A DNA stretch of 63,776 bases, filler included, from Octopus bimaculoides (Eukaryota), in NCBI RefSeq assembly GCF_001194135.2. It is 3 parts of 3 records of this genome, joined end to end, with 100 filler letters (N's around TTAATTAATTAA, not from the genome) between each part and the next. Parts side by side here need not be neighbours in the genome. Positions count along the whole stretch, not along the records: positions 1 to 22,405 come from NC_068989.1; 2 more parts are not named here. One strand, written 5' to 3'. Positions within the stretch are counted from its first letter, which is position 1, and every line of letters starts with the position of its first letter. Below, one piece after another: positions 1 to 12,429 of the stretch. The notes beneath the pieces are model-generated. The model was not told the DNA's origin. It ran no database searches and saw nothing but the letters and a program-made list of their open reading frames with translations. Both the position numbers and the translations under genes were made by a program.

Positions 1-44
<44 letters not shown>

Positions 45-50
45 GGGGGT

Positions 51-86
<36 letters not shown>

Positions 87-204
87 GTATGTATGTCTAC
101 ATATAAATAAAATTCCTTTATGTAATTTTCTGGTTGCCTACGTTATATTTCTTGTTGATACGTTTACTTTATCATTGTTACTACTACTACTACTACTACT
201 CCTT

Positions 205-243
<39 letters not shown>

Positions 244-257
244 TCTTCTTCTTCTTC

Positions 258-290
<33 letters not shown>

Positions 291-790
291 TGTTGTTGTT
301 GCTGAAGTTGTTTTTCTTTGTCACCGCCGTCATTATTCTCATCATCATCACATTCATCATCATCATTATCATCATTATCATCATCATCATCACAATCATC
401 ATCACCATTATCATCATCATCATTACCATCATCTTCATCATCATCGCCATCATCATCATCATCATCACCCTCCTCCTCCACACCATCATCTTCATCGCCA
501 CCACCACCACCACCACCACCACCACNNNNNNNNNNNNNNNNNNNNNNNNNNNNNNNNNNNNNNNNNNNNNNNNNNNNNNNNNNNNNNNNNNNNNNNNNNN
601 NNNNNNNNNNNNNNNNNNNNNNNNNNNNNNNNNNNNNNNNNNNNNNNNNNNNNNNNNNNNNNNNNNNNNNNNNNNNNNTTTCCTTATCGATACTATTATT
701 GTTGTCTATGGCTGTTGATTCCTCTCCGTCGCTCTTTCTCTTTCGTTCTCTCCCCTCCTCCGCACTTATTCACACTATACTTCTCACTAC

Positions 791-836
<46 letters not shown>

Positions 837-905
837 TTTTTCTCTCTCCCTCTTTCTCTCGCATCTACTTCCTCTCCGCTCTCCTCTCTCTCTCTCTCCC
901 TCTCT
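1..905. repeat. Compound microsatellite block: (AT)n,(GT)n,(ACT)n,(CTT)n,(ATT)n,(ATC)n,(ACC)n, gap, (CT)n
   Basis: Directly visible tandem units; source of the poly-L/H/Y/I/S pseudo-ORFs in the track. Confidence 0.97.
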
Positions 906-1610
906 CTCGCACCGTGCATTCTACACTCTCTTTATCATCTCCACCTATAATATATACACAATCCCTCCCCCACCCTGCCAACCCACATTACGCTTCACTT
1001 GCCGCCACATCGCACCACATCACATCTTCACCCTACATCACATCCACACCGACGCTACACCAAACCGTATTATCCTATCGTTGGGCGTTTATGTCTAAAA
1101 GTTCAGTTTTTTCAGACATTAGCTTATACATGCTTCACTGAGACCTAACACAGTTTATATCTGATGTTAGATTTCTTTGTTCCTTCATAGTCACAAGAAT
1201 TCTGCTTCAACGATTTCAACTTCAACTTTTAAAAAATAACTAATTATTTTCCAATTCTTTTCAAATAAAAGAAGAAAAAATGTCTTATTTTATAATTTGT
1301 AAATTTTTTTCTTAACCAGGTTCTTTTTGATAGTGTTTTTATTTTAATATATATATATATTTTTCATTATTTTATTCCAATTTTCTATTTTTGGTTTCTC
1401 TCTATATTTGATGGTATTTTTCATAACGTACCATCAGTTTGTATAGTACTTTGCTTTTTTTTTTGTCTGTTGCTCTTGATAATGATGATTCTTATTGTTG
1501 CTCTTGATGCAGTAGTGCTGCTGCTGATAATGATAATGTAATAGTGTGTGTATGTGTGTGTGTGTGTAAATTCTGCTGTGTGTATGTGTGTACATGTACA
1601 TTTAAGTCGG

Positions 1611-1700
1611 TCTGTGTGCGCATGCGTGTAGCGGGCGGGCCGGGGTTCGTGCGAGCTTCTGATAGCAGTATGCGATGAAGCGGTATGCGATGAAGCGGTA
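1611..1700. promoter_or_regulatory. Short CpG-rich promoter-like patch (NRF1-like TGCGCATGCG, GC box GGGCGGG, 15-bp direct repeat)
   Basis: TGCGCATGCG 1617-1626, GGGCGGG 1633-1639, GTATGCGATGAAGCG x2 at 1668-1697; motif match only. Confidence 0.25.
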
Positions 1701-1758
1701 ATGCTATTCTTGACAAAGTTGATTTTATTCTTAAACGAAATCTTATAAATTCCTTATT

Positions 1759-1790
<32 letters not shown>

Positions 1791-2597
1791 GCTGCTGCTG
1801 CTCTTGCTGGGTTTGCTATTTGTTGAAATATCGGTTGTAAATCTGTACTATTAGAATCATTTGATCATCGGGGCAGTTACGTGTATTCTAATATTATTTG
1901 TCTTCATAGATCCTATTACAATCAAATTTGTGTTTGATAATTCCAGTATCGATAAAATAATAATAATAATTATAATAAACAATCAGGTAGTAATCTGCCA
2001 CTATAATTTGCGGCTCTGTGCCTTAGCTAGAATTCAATATTGTTGCTATTGTTGTTGTTGTTTAATACAAACTCAGTCCTGATTGAAGTGAGCTAAGACA
2101 ATACATCCTTCATCACCTCAACAACCTTTTTTAATTTTAAGCATAGTGCATCTATAAATGGACAATGAAAAGTCCCTTATCCCTCTGGGGTCGCTGAGAA
2201 AGCTTAATTCTTTTAGCTCCATCTTTACGTATATTTTGTCTAATTGTAAAGGAAAATTCTCTCCACGGTGAGTGCAGGTATAAATGAAGATGAACTAGGA
2301 GCAATACTATACGTCCATGTAAACTCTTTGGGTGATCCGTTCCCAATGTCTTATCTATTAACTAAGATACCAATTATAATTGTATGGGGTAAATATAATT
2401 GAGTGCCCATCAATTCAAAATGTCTGGTTTTCTACCCGTGTAAGTATCAGAAGTTCTTTCGGATCAGGTGACACAGGGTGTCTTGAGTAAGACACTCTAT
2501 TTCTTGTGCATATAAAATGCAGTTACATGTGTGTATATGTGTGTCTCTGCCTGTGTGTGTATATATATGCAGGTGTGTGTGTAGCAGTGTATATATG

Positions 2598-2644
<47 letters not shown>

Positions 2645-4274
2645 GTGTGGATGAAACATGATTTTTATGGTATATCTATTTCATCAAACTTTAGTATTCC
2701 TTCATGCATTACATATTTAACTCGTATATACATACATACATATATATATATAAACATATGCATACACACACACAAACACACAAATATATATTTTCCCAAA
2801 AATTTATTTTAGAATTTTAAAAGGCGGAAATCTAAATGTTTTCACGTTCATGTCTAACTAGCCAAACATCCGGAAATACGAGCAAAATTTATATCATGCG
2901 ATTCCAATCTCCTTTATAGCATACGCCCCATTAAACTACCACGGTGTTAGATCCTTAGTATAAATAATTTAAAATAATTTGCATACATTGATATATACGA
3001 GTGTGTGTATATGTGTGTGGTGTCTGTGTGCCTATGTGTTTCTGTGTTTATGTCAATATACGCATGACTGTGTATTTGTATGTATATTTGTAGGTGTGCG
3101 TGTGCATTGTAAACATGTATACATTTACGTGCCATATTGATGTATATGTGTATAAATATATCATTAAATTCTTTGGATCATGGATATACAATATTTGTAA
3201 GCGTATGTATATGCGTGATTGCGTGTAGCATGTTTGTATATCTTCCTATTTGTGTGAATGTTTGCCATGTATTTCGATGATATTTCTTCCAATAACTAAC
3301 GTTGTTTGTTTGATATTATTCACATTTTGGGAATCTCAAACAAAACAGGAGTGGAGTCTCGTATTTAAATATATTTATGAATGTATTGTATAAATGAATA
3401 AAACTATGTTAGGTTATTGTCTCTTCTTGATATTTACACATTACCATGAGCAGATATGTTGCATACGATTGCAGGCAATATTTATAAAGACAGTTGATAT
3501 TATATATGCATACTAGCGAGCAATATAAAAAAAATCCAGCTTGCAAACGAACGCAAATTTGTTCTGTTTTTCTTCCTCACGTCGTAAGTTTCATTTGCTT
3601 ATATCTTCACTAGATTGGCAAAGTGAATAAATAGATTTATCAACACAAAATACAAAACAAACTGCCATGCATATTTCCATTGGGCGAATTATATTCACAT
3701 AGACACGCACACGTTTTCACATGTACGTACATGTATACATAGATACAGACATACATATGCAAACACGCGTATATGTATTGTCTTTACGTTTTATGTTATT
3801 ATTTGTCACGAATTTGCTATGTATAATATTCTAAACATCGTGCAAGGTCTCGTAAGTTTTACATCATATCCTCATTCTGTGAAAAGGAGAAATAATTTTA
3901 AAATTGTAGTAACCACAGTTTTGCCAGTGATAGATTTACCTCAATCGCTTATAGTAAAATCTGTATAAATTTGCATAAAAGGGCAGAATTTATTAAATAG
4001 CTATGGAAGAGCAGCAATAACTTGTAGAATACTTTGCACTACTAAGAAATCTTTTCAGCTGTTTATACAAAATATATGAATTTCGGGGAAATAATAACTT
4101 GTGGCGGCATTTAAACTAAAATATATACTATAACCCTGCTTTGAATATTGTACACGGCTCAAGGATTACTAGCATACTCATGAAATAGTAATCTATGCTC
4201 GCACATAAAAAATACACTCACACATTCACTACACAAATGGTCTGCAATATAAGTGTGTGGATAGACACATGCAT

Positions 4275-4342
<68 letters not shown>

Positions 4343-4388
4343 TGTGTGTGTGTTTTCATATAATATATATATATATATGCATATATAA

Positions 4389-4424
<36 letters not shown>

Positions 4425-4482
4425 TAAATATATACACATATATGTGTGTGAATACATGTATGTATGAGCTTGTGTGTATGTA

Positions 4483-4687
4483 TGTCCTCACCACACACAA
4501 GCATCGCTTGACAACATATGGTGGTGTGTTTACGTACCCGTAACCTTGCGGTTCGGCAAAAGTGACCGATAGAATAAGTACTAAGCTGAGAAAAAGTAAG
4601 CCCTGGGGTCGATTTGCTCGACTAAAGGTGGTGATCCAGCATGTCAGCAGTCAAATAAACGACAAAAATTAGTAAATGAATAAAAGA
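4483..4687 (+). mobile_element. SINE family B (OR2-like CORE-SINE), 3' domain only
   Basis: catcgcttgacaac...cggttcggcaaaa...ggggtcgatttgctcgactaaagg...ccagcatg..cagtcaaat matches the reverse complement of copies at 8921, 27329 and 29088. Confidence 0.85.
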
Positions 4688-4695
4688 ACATATGT

Positions 4696-4729
<34 letters not shown>

Positions 4730-4791
4730 NNNNNNNNNNNNNNNNNNNNNNNNNNNNNNNNNNNNNNNACATACATATATATATATATGTG

Positions 4792-4840
<49 letters not shown>

Positions 4841-5660
4841 ATACATACATACATATGTACATATTGTATTTCCACTGACGGGTAAATCATCCGGAGTTCG
4901 CTTCATTGGAATATACATATTTCTAACAATGAAAAGTCTTCTAACACACGCCCGAGTACACTAGCCAACAACAACAACGAAACCAACAGTAAAAGAATAC
5001 GGAAGACCTAACCGTGGTGTATGTGTCAACCTGATTGAAGAATCGGAATTTTCATTCAAACAGAGTCAAAATTTTACAGTGAAAAACAACTTCACATGTG
5101 GTTGTATGCTGTCGACTTAATGTGACAGTCGCCTGAAGGGAATAATACTACTGTTAGTTAGACCTAGGAAGCTGCACCGCTTCCTGTTGGCCTTGACACA
5201 ATTCCTGTGTCCTTATGTTTACAAGGGGGAGACAAGTACCTCCACCCAGATAAGCCTGCATCCAGACACATGTTTCTGAGTCTTTGCTCCGTCATCAGTC
5301 TGGAGTAGCATTCACTAGAATTATTATATGCTTACAAGAGCTTGACTTGCATCTTCGACTAGCAGGTCGAATTATGGAAAATTCTTGGTATAATTATTTC
5401 ATTGACGAAGGCAAAGTACTTTTATACGTAGCCAGAAACCCAGAGTCTGGAACTATCCAATTTTTACGAGGTTATTTATCTATTTGTCTTTTCACCTTGT
5501 GCTGTATTTAATATATGATATGGGTTTAGAGTCAGGTTTTCACCGCTATTTCAATCATGGTGGTATCTACTAAATACCCTTATTTATAATTTTAAATATA
5601 TATGTATATATACGTATGTATATATGTATATATGTGTGTGTATTTGTGTTTCTGTGTGTG

Positions 5661-5697
<37 letters not shown>

Positions 5698-5808
5698 TCC
5701 ACGGCGGAATTTGATCTCAGGCACCAGGGTCTGGTCATAGTGGGCCACTAGCCTGAAGAATTTTTAATAGAATGTATAGGCCCAAATAGTAGTTCCTTCA
5801 CTTTTTTT

Positions 5809-5914
5809 TATTCTATCGGTCGCTTTTAAAGGAACTCGCCCAAGAGGTCACGCAGTGGAACTGAACCCGGAGCCATGAGGTTACAATGCAAGCTTCTCAC
5901 TAGTCAGCTACGCC
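5809..5914 (-). mobile_element. SINE family B, internally deleted degenerate copy
   Basis: tattctatcggtc (3' domain) joined to cgcccaag..cacgcagtggaactgaacccggagccatg (head). Confidence 0.6.
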
Positions 5915-6037
5915 TATATATATGTGTGTGTTCGTACATGTAGGTATACATGCATTTATGTGCATGCTTGTATATATGCATCTAATTATAACTTTTTATT
6001 ATATTGTTGTTATACTTATTATCATTACCATTATCAT

Positions 6038-6069
<32 letters not shown>

Positions 6070-6073
6070 ATTA

Positions 6074-6144
<71 letters not shown>

Positions 6145-6380
6145 GTTAGTATTATTTTCTAAAGTTTCATTAATTTCTTTCGTGTTGCCACTGCTGACAT
6201 TACCATTCTTTATCTTCTTGTATCTTCTTCTGTTGGCTTCTGCATGAGTCAGCAAATTTGATGGTGAAAACAGAAACATTTTACACAATGAAAATTTGTG
6301 ATTCACGTTGACTTTGTGTTTCAGACAGAATTAATTATGTAACACGAACGAGAACTAAAATCATAATAGAAGGAAGAAAA

Positions 6381-6411
<31 letters not shown>

Positions 6412-6692
6412 AGGCTTGATTCAGTCTTTCGTCCTTTCGCAAAAATTTCTCTGTCTATGTGTCTCTCTTTTATCCTCTTTGGTGCCTGATTGTTCTATTC
6501 TTTTCGTCTGAATGTACATGCGTGGTTCCGTATGCTTCGGCATATATATNNNNNNNNNNNNNNNNNNNNNNNNNNNNNNNNNNNNNNNNNNNNNNNNNNN
6601 NNNNNNNNNNNNNNNNNNNNNNNNNNNNNNNNNNNNNNNNNNNNNNNNNNNNNNNNNNNNNNNNNNNNNNNNNNNNNNNNNNNNNNNNNNNN

Positions 6693-6752
<60 letters not shown>

Positions 6753-6919
6753 GTGTGTGTGTGTGTGTGTGTGTATACATATATGTGTATAGCGTATATA
6801 TGCTTATGCATATGTGTATACATATATTTATGCATATATATATATGTGTGCGTGTGTGTGTCTGTGTGTGTGCGTGTGTGTGTGTGTGTGTACACGCATG
6901 TATATGTATATATATATAT

Positions 6920-6957
<38 letters not shown>

Positions 6958-7006
6958 GAAAGTGAGCGACAGAGAGAGACAGCGAAGGAGAGAAGGAGGG
7001 TGACAG

Positions 7007-7270
7007 AGGGAATATGAATTCGGTTTTAAACCTAGACGAAGCGCAGTTGATGCCATTTGTTTAGTGAGACAGATCAACAAATTAGAAAATACATTAAGTG
7101 TCCTTGCTCTTCAACTTCATTGCATTTAATGCCGACTACGAAACGATCTGGAAGATTATTACAGTAATAGGTATAGCCTACAGGACAGAGCGAATTATAG
7201 AGGCTTTAGACGTCAATGTTGTCAGTTGATAGACGGGTTTAAAAGGGGTGTGTGGCCATCCTATTTCGGC
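7007..7270 (+). mobile_element. Decayed RTE-type LINE reverse transcriptase fragment (frameshifted)
   Basis: 7007: REYEFGFKPRRSAVDAICLVRQI resembles Q.GFR.GRST.D.IF.LRQ; shifted frame from 7104: LLFNFIAFNADYETIWKIITVIGIAYRTERIIEAL resembles DF.KAFDS..R..LWK.L...GIP...I.II..LY; then a degenerate TG..G.C (GV.QG) motif. Confidence 0.7.
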
Positions 7271-8920
7271 ATTTTCCTGTTTTTTTTTTGTTTGCTTGTT
7301 TTTTTTTTCATGGAAAACTCAAATACTTAACGAAGATATCTGTCACTTATTATCGTCTTGTCCATAGATATTAGTTATCCTGACACAATCCGCATACGTA
7401 ACGTCTCTGATAAATTGATTGTATCTACGAATTATTTGGCTGAAATGTAAAAGAAATATGTAGTATATTATTAATTGACGGAGAAACCCAAATCCTCTCT
7501 GCAAATATATTATCATTCAGAATAGTACTGATGTAAGAATTTTCCCATAAGTTTATCTGCTGTATAATACCGAATGGATGAAATTGCGTTAACATCTCTA
7601 GTACTTAGAAGCCTAAGGAACACGATCCGGAACAGGTAGGACATAAACCTTTCTTTAGAAGTCAGCCTGTAACGAACTCTTATTCTTTTATTATACCGCC
7701 ATTGCTATTTACGCTTTAGACAAACGTTTCTTATTGTCCGATGGTACAAACATAGCATAAGTCCTTTCAAATGTTGGTGCCGTCGATGCTAAGCGCTTTT
7801 GTTATAAGAATGGCATGGAAAATCTGTGAGGTATGAGTTAGAAACCGTTTCTAACGGTAGAGATCTCAGGTTGCAAAGCTATGAATAATAGAGCGTAGAA
7901 TAGTGGGTCAAAAAATTTCCTTGGATGGATGCACTGTAAGCTTTACGTGTGACCTGTGGCACATATATTCGATGTTACCAGATTGTAATACGGTAAGCAA
8001 CATGCAATTCTCGCTAACAAGAAAGTTGTAAAATGAACAACAAGCATTCGAAGTTTCTTTGCCATAATGGTAGAACGCTCGGCATTTTTGCAGAGAATTC
8101 ATATTCGACTCCCAGAGGCAGTCCTAGACTTCTTTTCGATCCAAGTGTCTTTTAATGTAATAGTTCATACCTTATTCTTCATATATTTACCTTCGTCCTG
8201 TTCCACCTTGCATGTTTGTACGTATATATGTGTGTGGTGTGTGTATGTTGACATAAATATCTGCTGTTGACATAAATATCTACAAATTATAATCAATATT
8301 CAATGAAGATATTTTATGAATGTAAATACATAGATGCTCTTATGGATGAAGAGAAGAATATATATTGACAGATAGCTGTCTGATGTACCGAGAAATATAT
8401 TACTCTTCAGAGAAATATTATTTGAAAACATCTTTGGCCATCAGCAACACAGGTCGTCTCGTTAATATTTAAATTTCTGAACCATAATCATCAGAACTTT
8501 TCTATATTATTTTGTCGTCCTTCAATCGCTGTTCAGTCCCGATCAATTTAATTGTCGATGTCACTTGCCTTAAACATGTCACCGATTGTCAAAAAATATT
8601 TTCCAAAATTTGCACATAGCTCTGAAATGGAACCAGAACAAAATGTATGAAGTTAGACATCCTAGGTCCCAGTCCTGATAACGACTTCATGTCTTGAGGG
8701 CAGGAATAAAAAAAATATACCTGAAAAGGGTGATATTTGCAATGGAAAAATGGGGGAATAGCTACGTTAGTAGGATTTGGGGAAATTTATTTAGTTTATA
8801 TTCCAGTTTTTCTTTAACTTTTCCGTCATCTTTCATGAACTCTCCTCTTGTCATAAGTACATAACTATTCATCACAGATCTCTTTTATAAAGGAATGGTA
8901 TAGACAATATTTCAAGACAT

Positions 8921-9100
8921 TATTCTTTTATTCTTTTATTTGTTTCAGTCATTTGACTGCGGCCATGCTGGAGCACCGCCTTTAGTCGAACAAATCGACC
9001 CCCGGACTTCTTCTTTGTAAGCCTAATACTTAATATATCCTTCTCTCTTGCCGAACTGCTAGGTTACGGGGACGTAAACACACCAGCGTCGGTTGTCAAG

Positions 9101-9136
<36 letters not shown>

Positions 9137-9258
9137 TCGACGGGTTTCTTTCAGTTTCTGTCTACCAAATCCATTCACAAGGCTTTGGTTGGCTATAGTA
9201 GAAGACACTTACCCAAGGTGCCACACAGTGGGACTGAAGCCAGAGCCATGTGGTTGGT
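8921..9258 (-). mobile_element. SINE family B (OR2-like CORE-SINE), near full length with internal (AT)n
   Basis: Minus strand shows head with B-box-like segment, CORE-like ggcaccttgggtaagtgtctt, internal (TA)n, 3' domain and (AATAAAAG)n tail. Confidence 0.9.
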
Positions 9259-9489
9259 CTCCGAAAACTGAATATGCGAATTCATATACGATTGGAATTT
9301 ATTACACAGTTATTTATGTTTATAAAATATTCAGGGTTTGTATATTCATTTTTTTAGATTTATACTGTCACATAATTTAGTACATGGAAAGAACTTATTA
9401 GGAACACCGGCAGCATGGAATGAGTCAGGTAGTGGGGGTATCTTTCTATCATTTATTCTTTAGGCAGAAAGGAAAGTATTGAGAATGAT

Positions 9490-9605
9490 CCTGTATTGGG
9501 GGAAGAGTGACGTGGCGAAGAGGGGAGTGGGTAGAAGCCATCAAGAAACGAGATACCTGGTCTGAATGCTTGCAACGCAGCGGACACCGTTAAATTCACA
9601 TAATG
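9490..9605 (+). mobile_element. Possible RTE LINE 3' end remnant
   Basis: GRVTWRRGEWVEAIKKRDTWSECL loosely resembles the RTE C-terminal GRP..TW...W...A.DR..W motif; weak. Confidence 0.25.
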
Positions 9606-9954
9606 TCGAAGGCAGCAGAGTTAGACCGATTTGGTTCGAAACCATCCCAGGGACACCTTGGCGTCATTTGAAGTCAGAAAGTAAACAGCTGGAATGACTA
9701 TTATAAGGATTTCAGCATAATATTCTTACAGTTCGGCCAATTCACGGCAATGACTTTTGTCCATTTTTATTGAACTCAAAGCGCAAAGCGAACTTTCGCA
9801 TGAAGTAAACGTACTGGTATTTGGAACTAATACTCCGTGGTGTACTACAAGGTAACGTTCTGTCCTCAGTATATTTATGATCAAATACATTCCAGCCTTT
9901 AACGTGTTAGTTGTATTTTATTCCAGTTTGTGAGTATGGGTATATATCATCGAG

Positions 9955-10130
9955 CTAGTCAATGTGAGGTTAAGAAGCTTGCTTTGCAACCACAGGGTTT
10001 CGGGTTCAGCCCCACTGCTCGGCACCTTCAGAAGTGTCTTATATAGCTTGGGACTGATTGATGTCTTGCAAGTGAAGCTGGTAGACGGAAACTGTGTGGA
10101 AGCCTGTCTTGTAAATATGTTTGAATGTCT
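9955..10130 (+). mobile_element. SINE family B head/CORE portion, diverged
   Basis: cgggttcagccccactgctcggcaccttcagaagtgtctt...ggtagacggaaactg. Confidence 0.75.
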
Positions 10131-11190
10131 ATGTGCCAGTACTCCACTACTGCTTCAAGACCGGTCTTGGTTTGTCTCCATAACAATTAGTTTTGATAAA
10201 ACGGGAGAATAAATACCAACCTTTAAAAAGTTAAAAGAAAATAGAGAAATAATTTTCAAAAATATTTTTTAAAAAAAGCAGGTATATTAATCGATAGAGT
10301 TCAAGGCGAATTTGGCTAATATTTCTAGTAGATTCGGTGATTTTCAGTCTGTAGCACCAAAACCCCGTCTCGATGGCGCGTTCTGAAGTCATGCTTACGT
10401 TAGGTATATCTAGATATACAATGTGATGGTCTCTTTATACGATTTAAATTCAGCAGTGTCAAGGATTCTATCTTAGAATTCTATCAATTGAAATAATTAT
10501 TTAAACAAAGCTGAAAACCATCTAATCAATTCATGATATTAGAAGTCAAGTACTCAGCTTGTCTGATTTATGTGCCTATATAATGAAATCGTTGAATTGT
10601 GTCTAGTAATGTATTCTTAGAATTATTGAAAAATTATCATTTAATATATATCGGCATTCACATACGGTTGTCAGTTAATTTCTAAGTGTTTATACTTATT
10701 GGAGATATTGATTTCTTAATAAGCTTTTATTGTACATACTTATATTTATGGATGTCTCGATTTAAGGTTTAATTGAAAATTAATAAAAATCTATGTATCT
10801 CTGCTACCTTTCTCTTTNNNNNNNNNNNNNNNNNNNNNNNNNNNNNNNNNNNNNNNNNNNNNNNNNNNNNNNNNNNNNNNNNNNNNNNNNNNNNNNNNNN
10901 NNNNNNNNNNNNNNNNNNNNNNNNNNNNNNNNNNNNNNNNNNNNNNNNNNNNNNNNNNNNNNNNNNNNNNNNNNNNNNNNNNNNNNNNNNNNNNNNNNNN
11001 NNNNNNNNNNNNNNNNNNNNNNNNNNNNNNNNNNNNNNNNNNNNNNNNNNNNNNNNNNNNNNNNNNNNNNNNNNNNNNNNNNNNNNNNNNNNNNNNNNNN
11101 NNNNNNNNNNNNNNNNNNNNNNNNNNNNNNNNNNNNNNNNNNNNNNNNNNNNNNNNNNNNNNNNNNNNNNNNNNNNNNNNNNNNNNNNNN

Positions 11191-11225
<35 letters not shown>

Positions 11226-12102
11226 TGTGCGTGTGCTTGTATCTATGTACGTACGTATGTATATACTATGTGTATATTTATACGCTTGCATATATACATT
11301 CATACATATATGTGTAAGTACTTTTTCAATCTAGCTAGGTAGATATATATGTATGAATGCATTCGACTGAGTGTGTGTGTTACAATCTATTTCAAAACAA
11401 TATCGTTATTGGATATTTTTTTCTTTTTAGAGATAAGCTCAACAAGTCACGAAAGACCACAGTGTATTTGCAAGCATGCAAAATGTCAATAAATACTTGT
11501 ACACTTGAATTTTAAATGTTTGTATGACATCATCTAAAATTATTCCGACTGCAGAGAGAGGGGTCAGTATGAAGTTAGTAATCAAATGTGATGGGTCTTT
11601 GTACAAAAGCATGATTTTATTATATAAAGTAGCGACAAAATTATATTCAGGCCCACCATATATCGTGGCGCATGAGCATTTTACTGAGAATTTCTTTGTT
11701 GTGAATGCTTAAATTTTGTGATGTAAGCTGCTGAGTAGAAATTAGATTTCGGCTCAGGCATCACAATAACAATTTAAGGATCATTTGCTTGTAGGATATA
11801 AGGTTCTTTCAGGAATTATGCAAATTATTCCTCCAAACTATATAAGACACACTGAGCGTGTGCTTTACATTCATAATCCCTCTCAGTGTATATGTATACA
11901 ATTATGTGCCTCGACTACAGCGTTAGAGCATTTTAACTCCTATTTTTAGCAATGTATGTGTTTATTACACCATAGTCATATGTACTGACAATTATAGTTT
12001 TCCTTTTTGGTAAACATTGCATACCGCTGTCTTTATTAATTACATACCACTGACAATGCACTTCTGTTGATTAACAGTTGCTATATACATCACCAAACTC
12101 CC

Positions 12103-12148
12103 TTCTTCTCAGTTTCTTGTTCTTCTCAGTTTCTTGTTCTTCTCAGTT
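12103..12148. repeat. 17-bp tandem repeat x2.7 (TTCTTCTCAGTTTCTTG)
   Basis: Exact copies at 12103 and 12120, partial at 12137. Confidence 0.9.
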
Positions 12149-12329
12149 GATATTACTATTTTCACAATAGTCTTGGGAGAAAAGGTTTAAACAGGCTGAA
12201 TATATCTTTTACATTACAGATTATTCTTTATCAATTGAATAGATCTGTTTTGGGGTTTCAATTTTGCTTCTGCTAGAGTAAAAAACTGTATGGTATGCAA
12301 ATATTCCCATTATACTAATTTTCCCTTAG

Positions 12330-12363
12330 GAACCTGCTGGGATAGATTGATAAGATACGGCTG
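12330..12363 (+). other. Candidate 34-nt small exon
   Basis: CTAAT branch-like site plus TTTCCCTTAG acceptor; CTG|GTAAGT donor; one open frame (TCWDRLIRYG); no homology recognised. Confidence 0.3.
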
Positions 12364-12429
12364 GTAAGTTAGCTTCGTATCGCAGTATCCAAAAATCAAG
12401 ACATTTCAAGCGCTTTCCCATTATAAAAT

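Noticed and set aside
2217-2273. 51-nt acceptor/donor pair (..ttttAG / ACG|GTGAGT)
   Set aside because: Plausible signals but no recognisable product; not distinguishable from background splice-like matches
5030-5290. Higher-complexity island that may be another interspersed repeat
   Set aside because: No second copy in the window and no recognisable motif; cannot classify without a library search
7837-7855. 19-bp palindrome GTTAGAAAC-C-GTTTCTAAC
   Set aside because: Isolated, no TIR or TSD context, spacing does not fit an HSE; near chance expectation
8246-8281. Short local duplications (also 18378-18403 and 48902-48923)
   Set aside because: Ordinary slippage duplications
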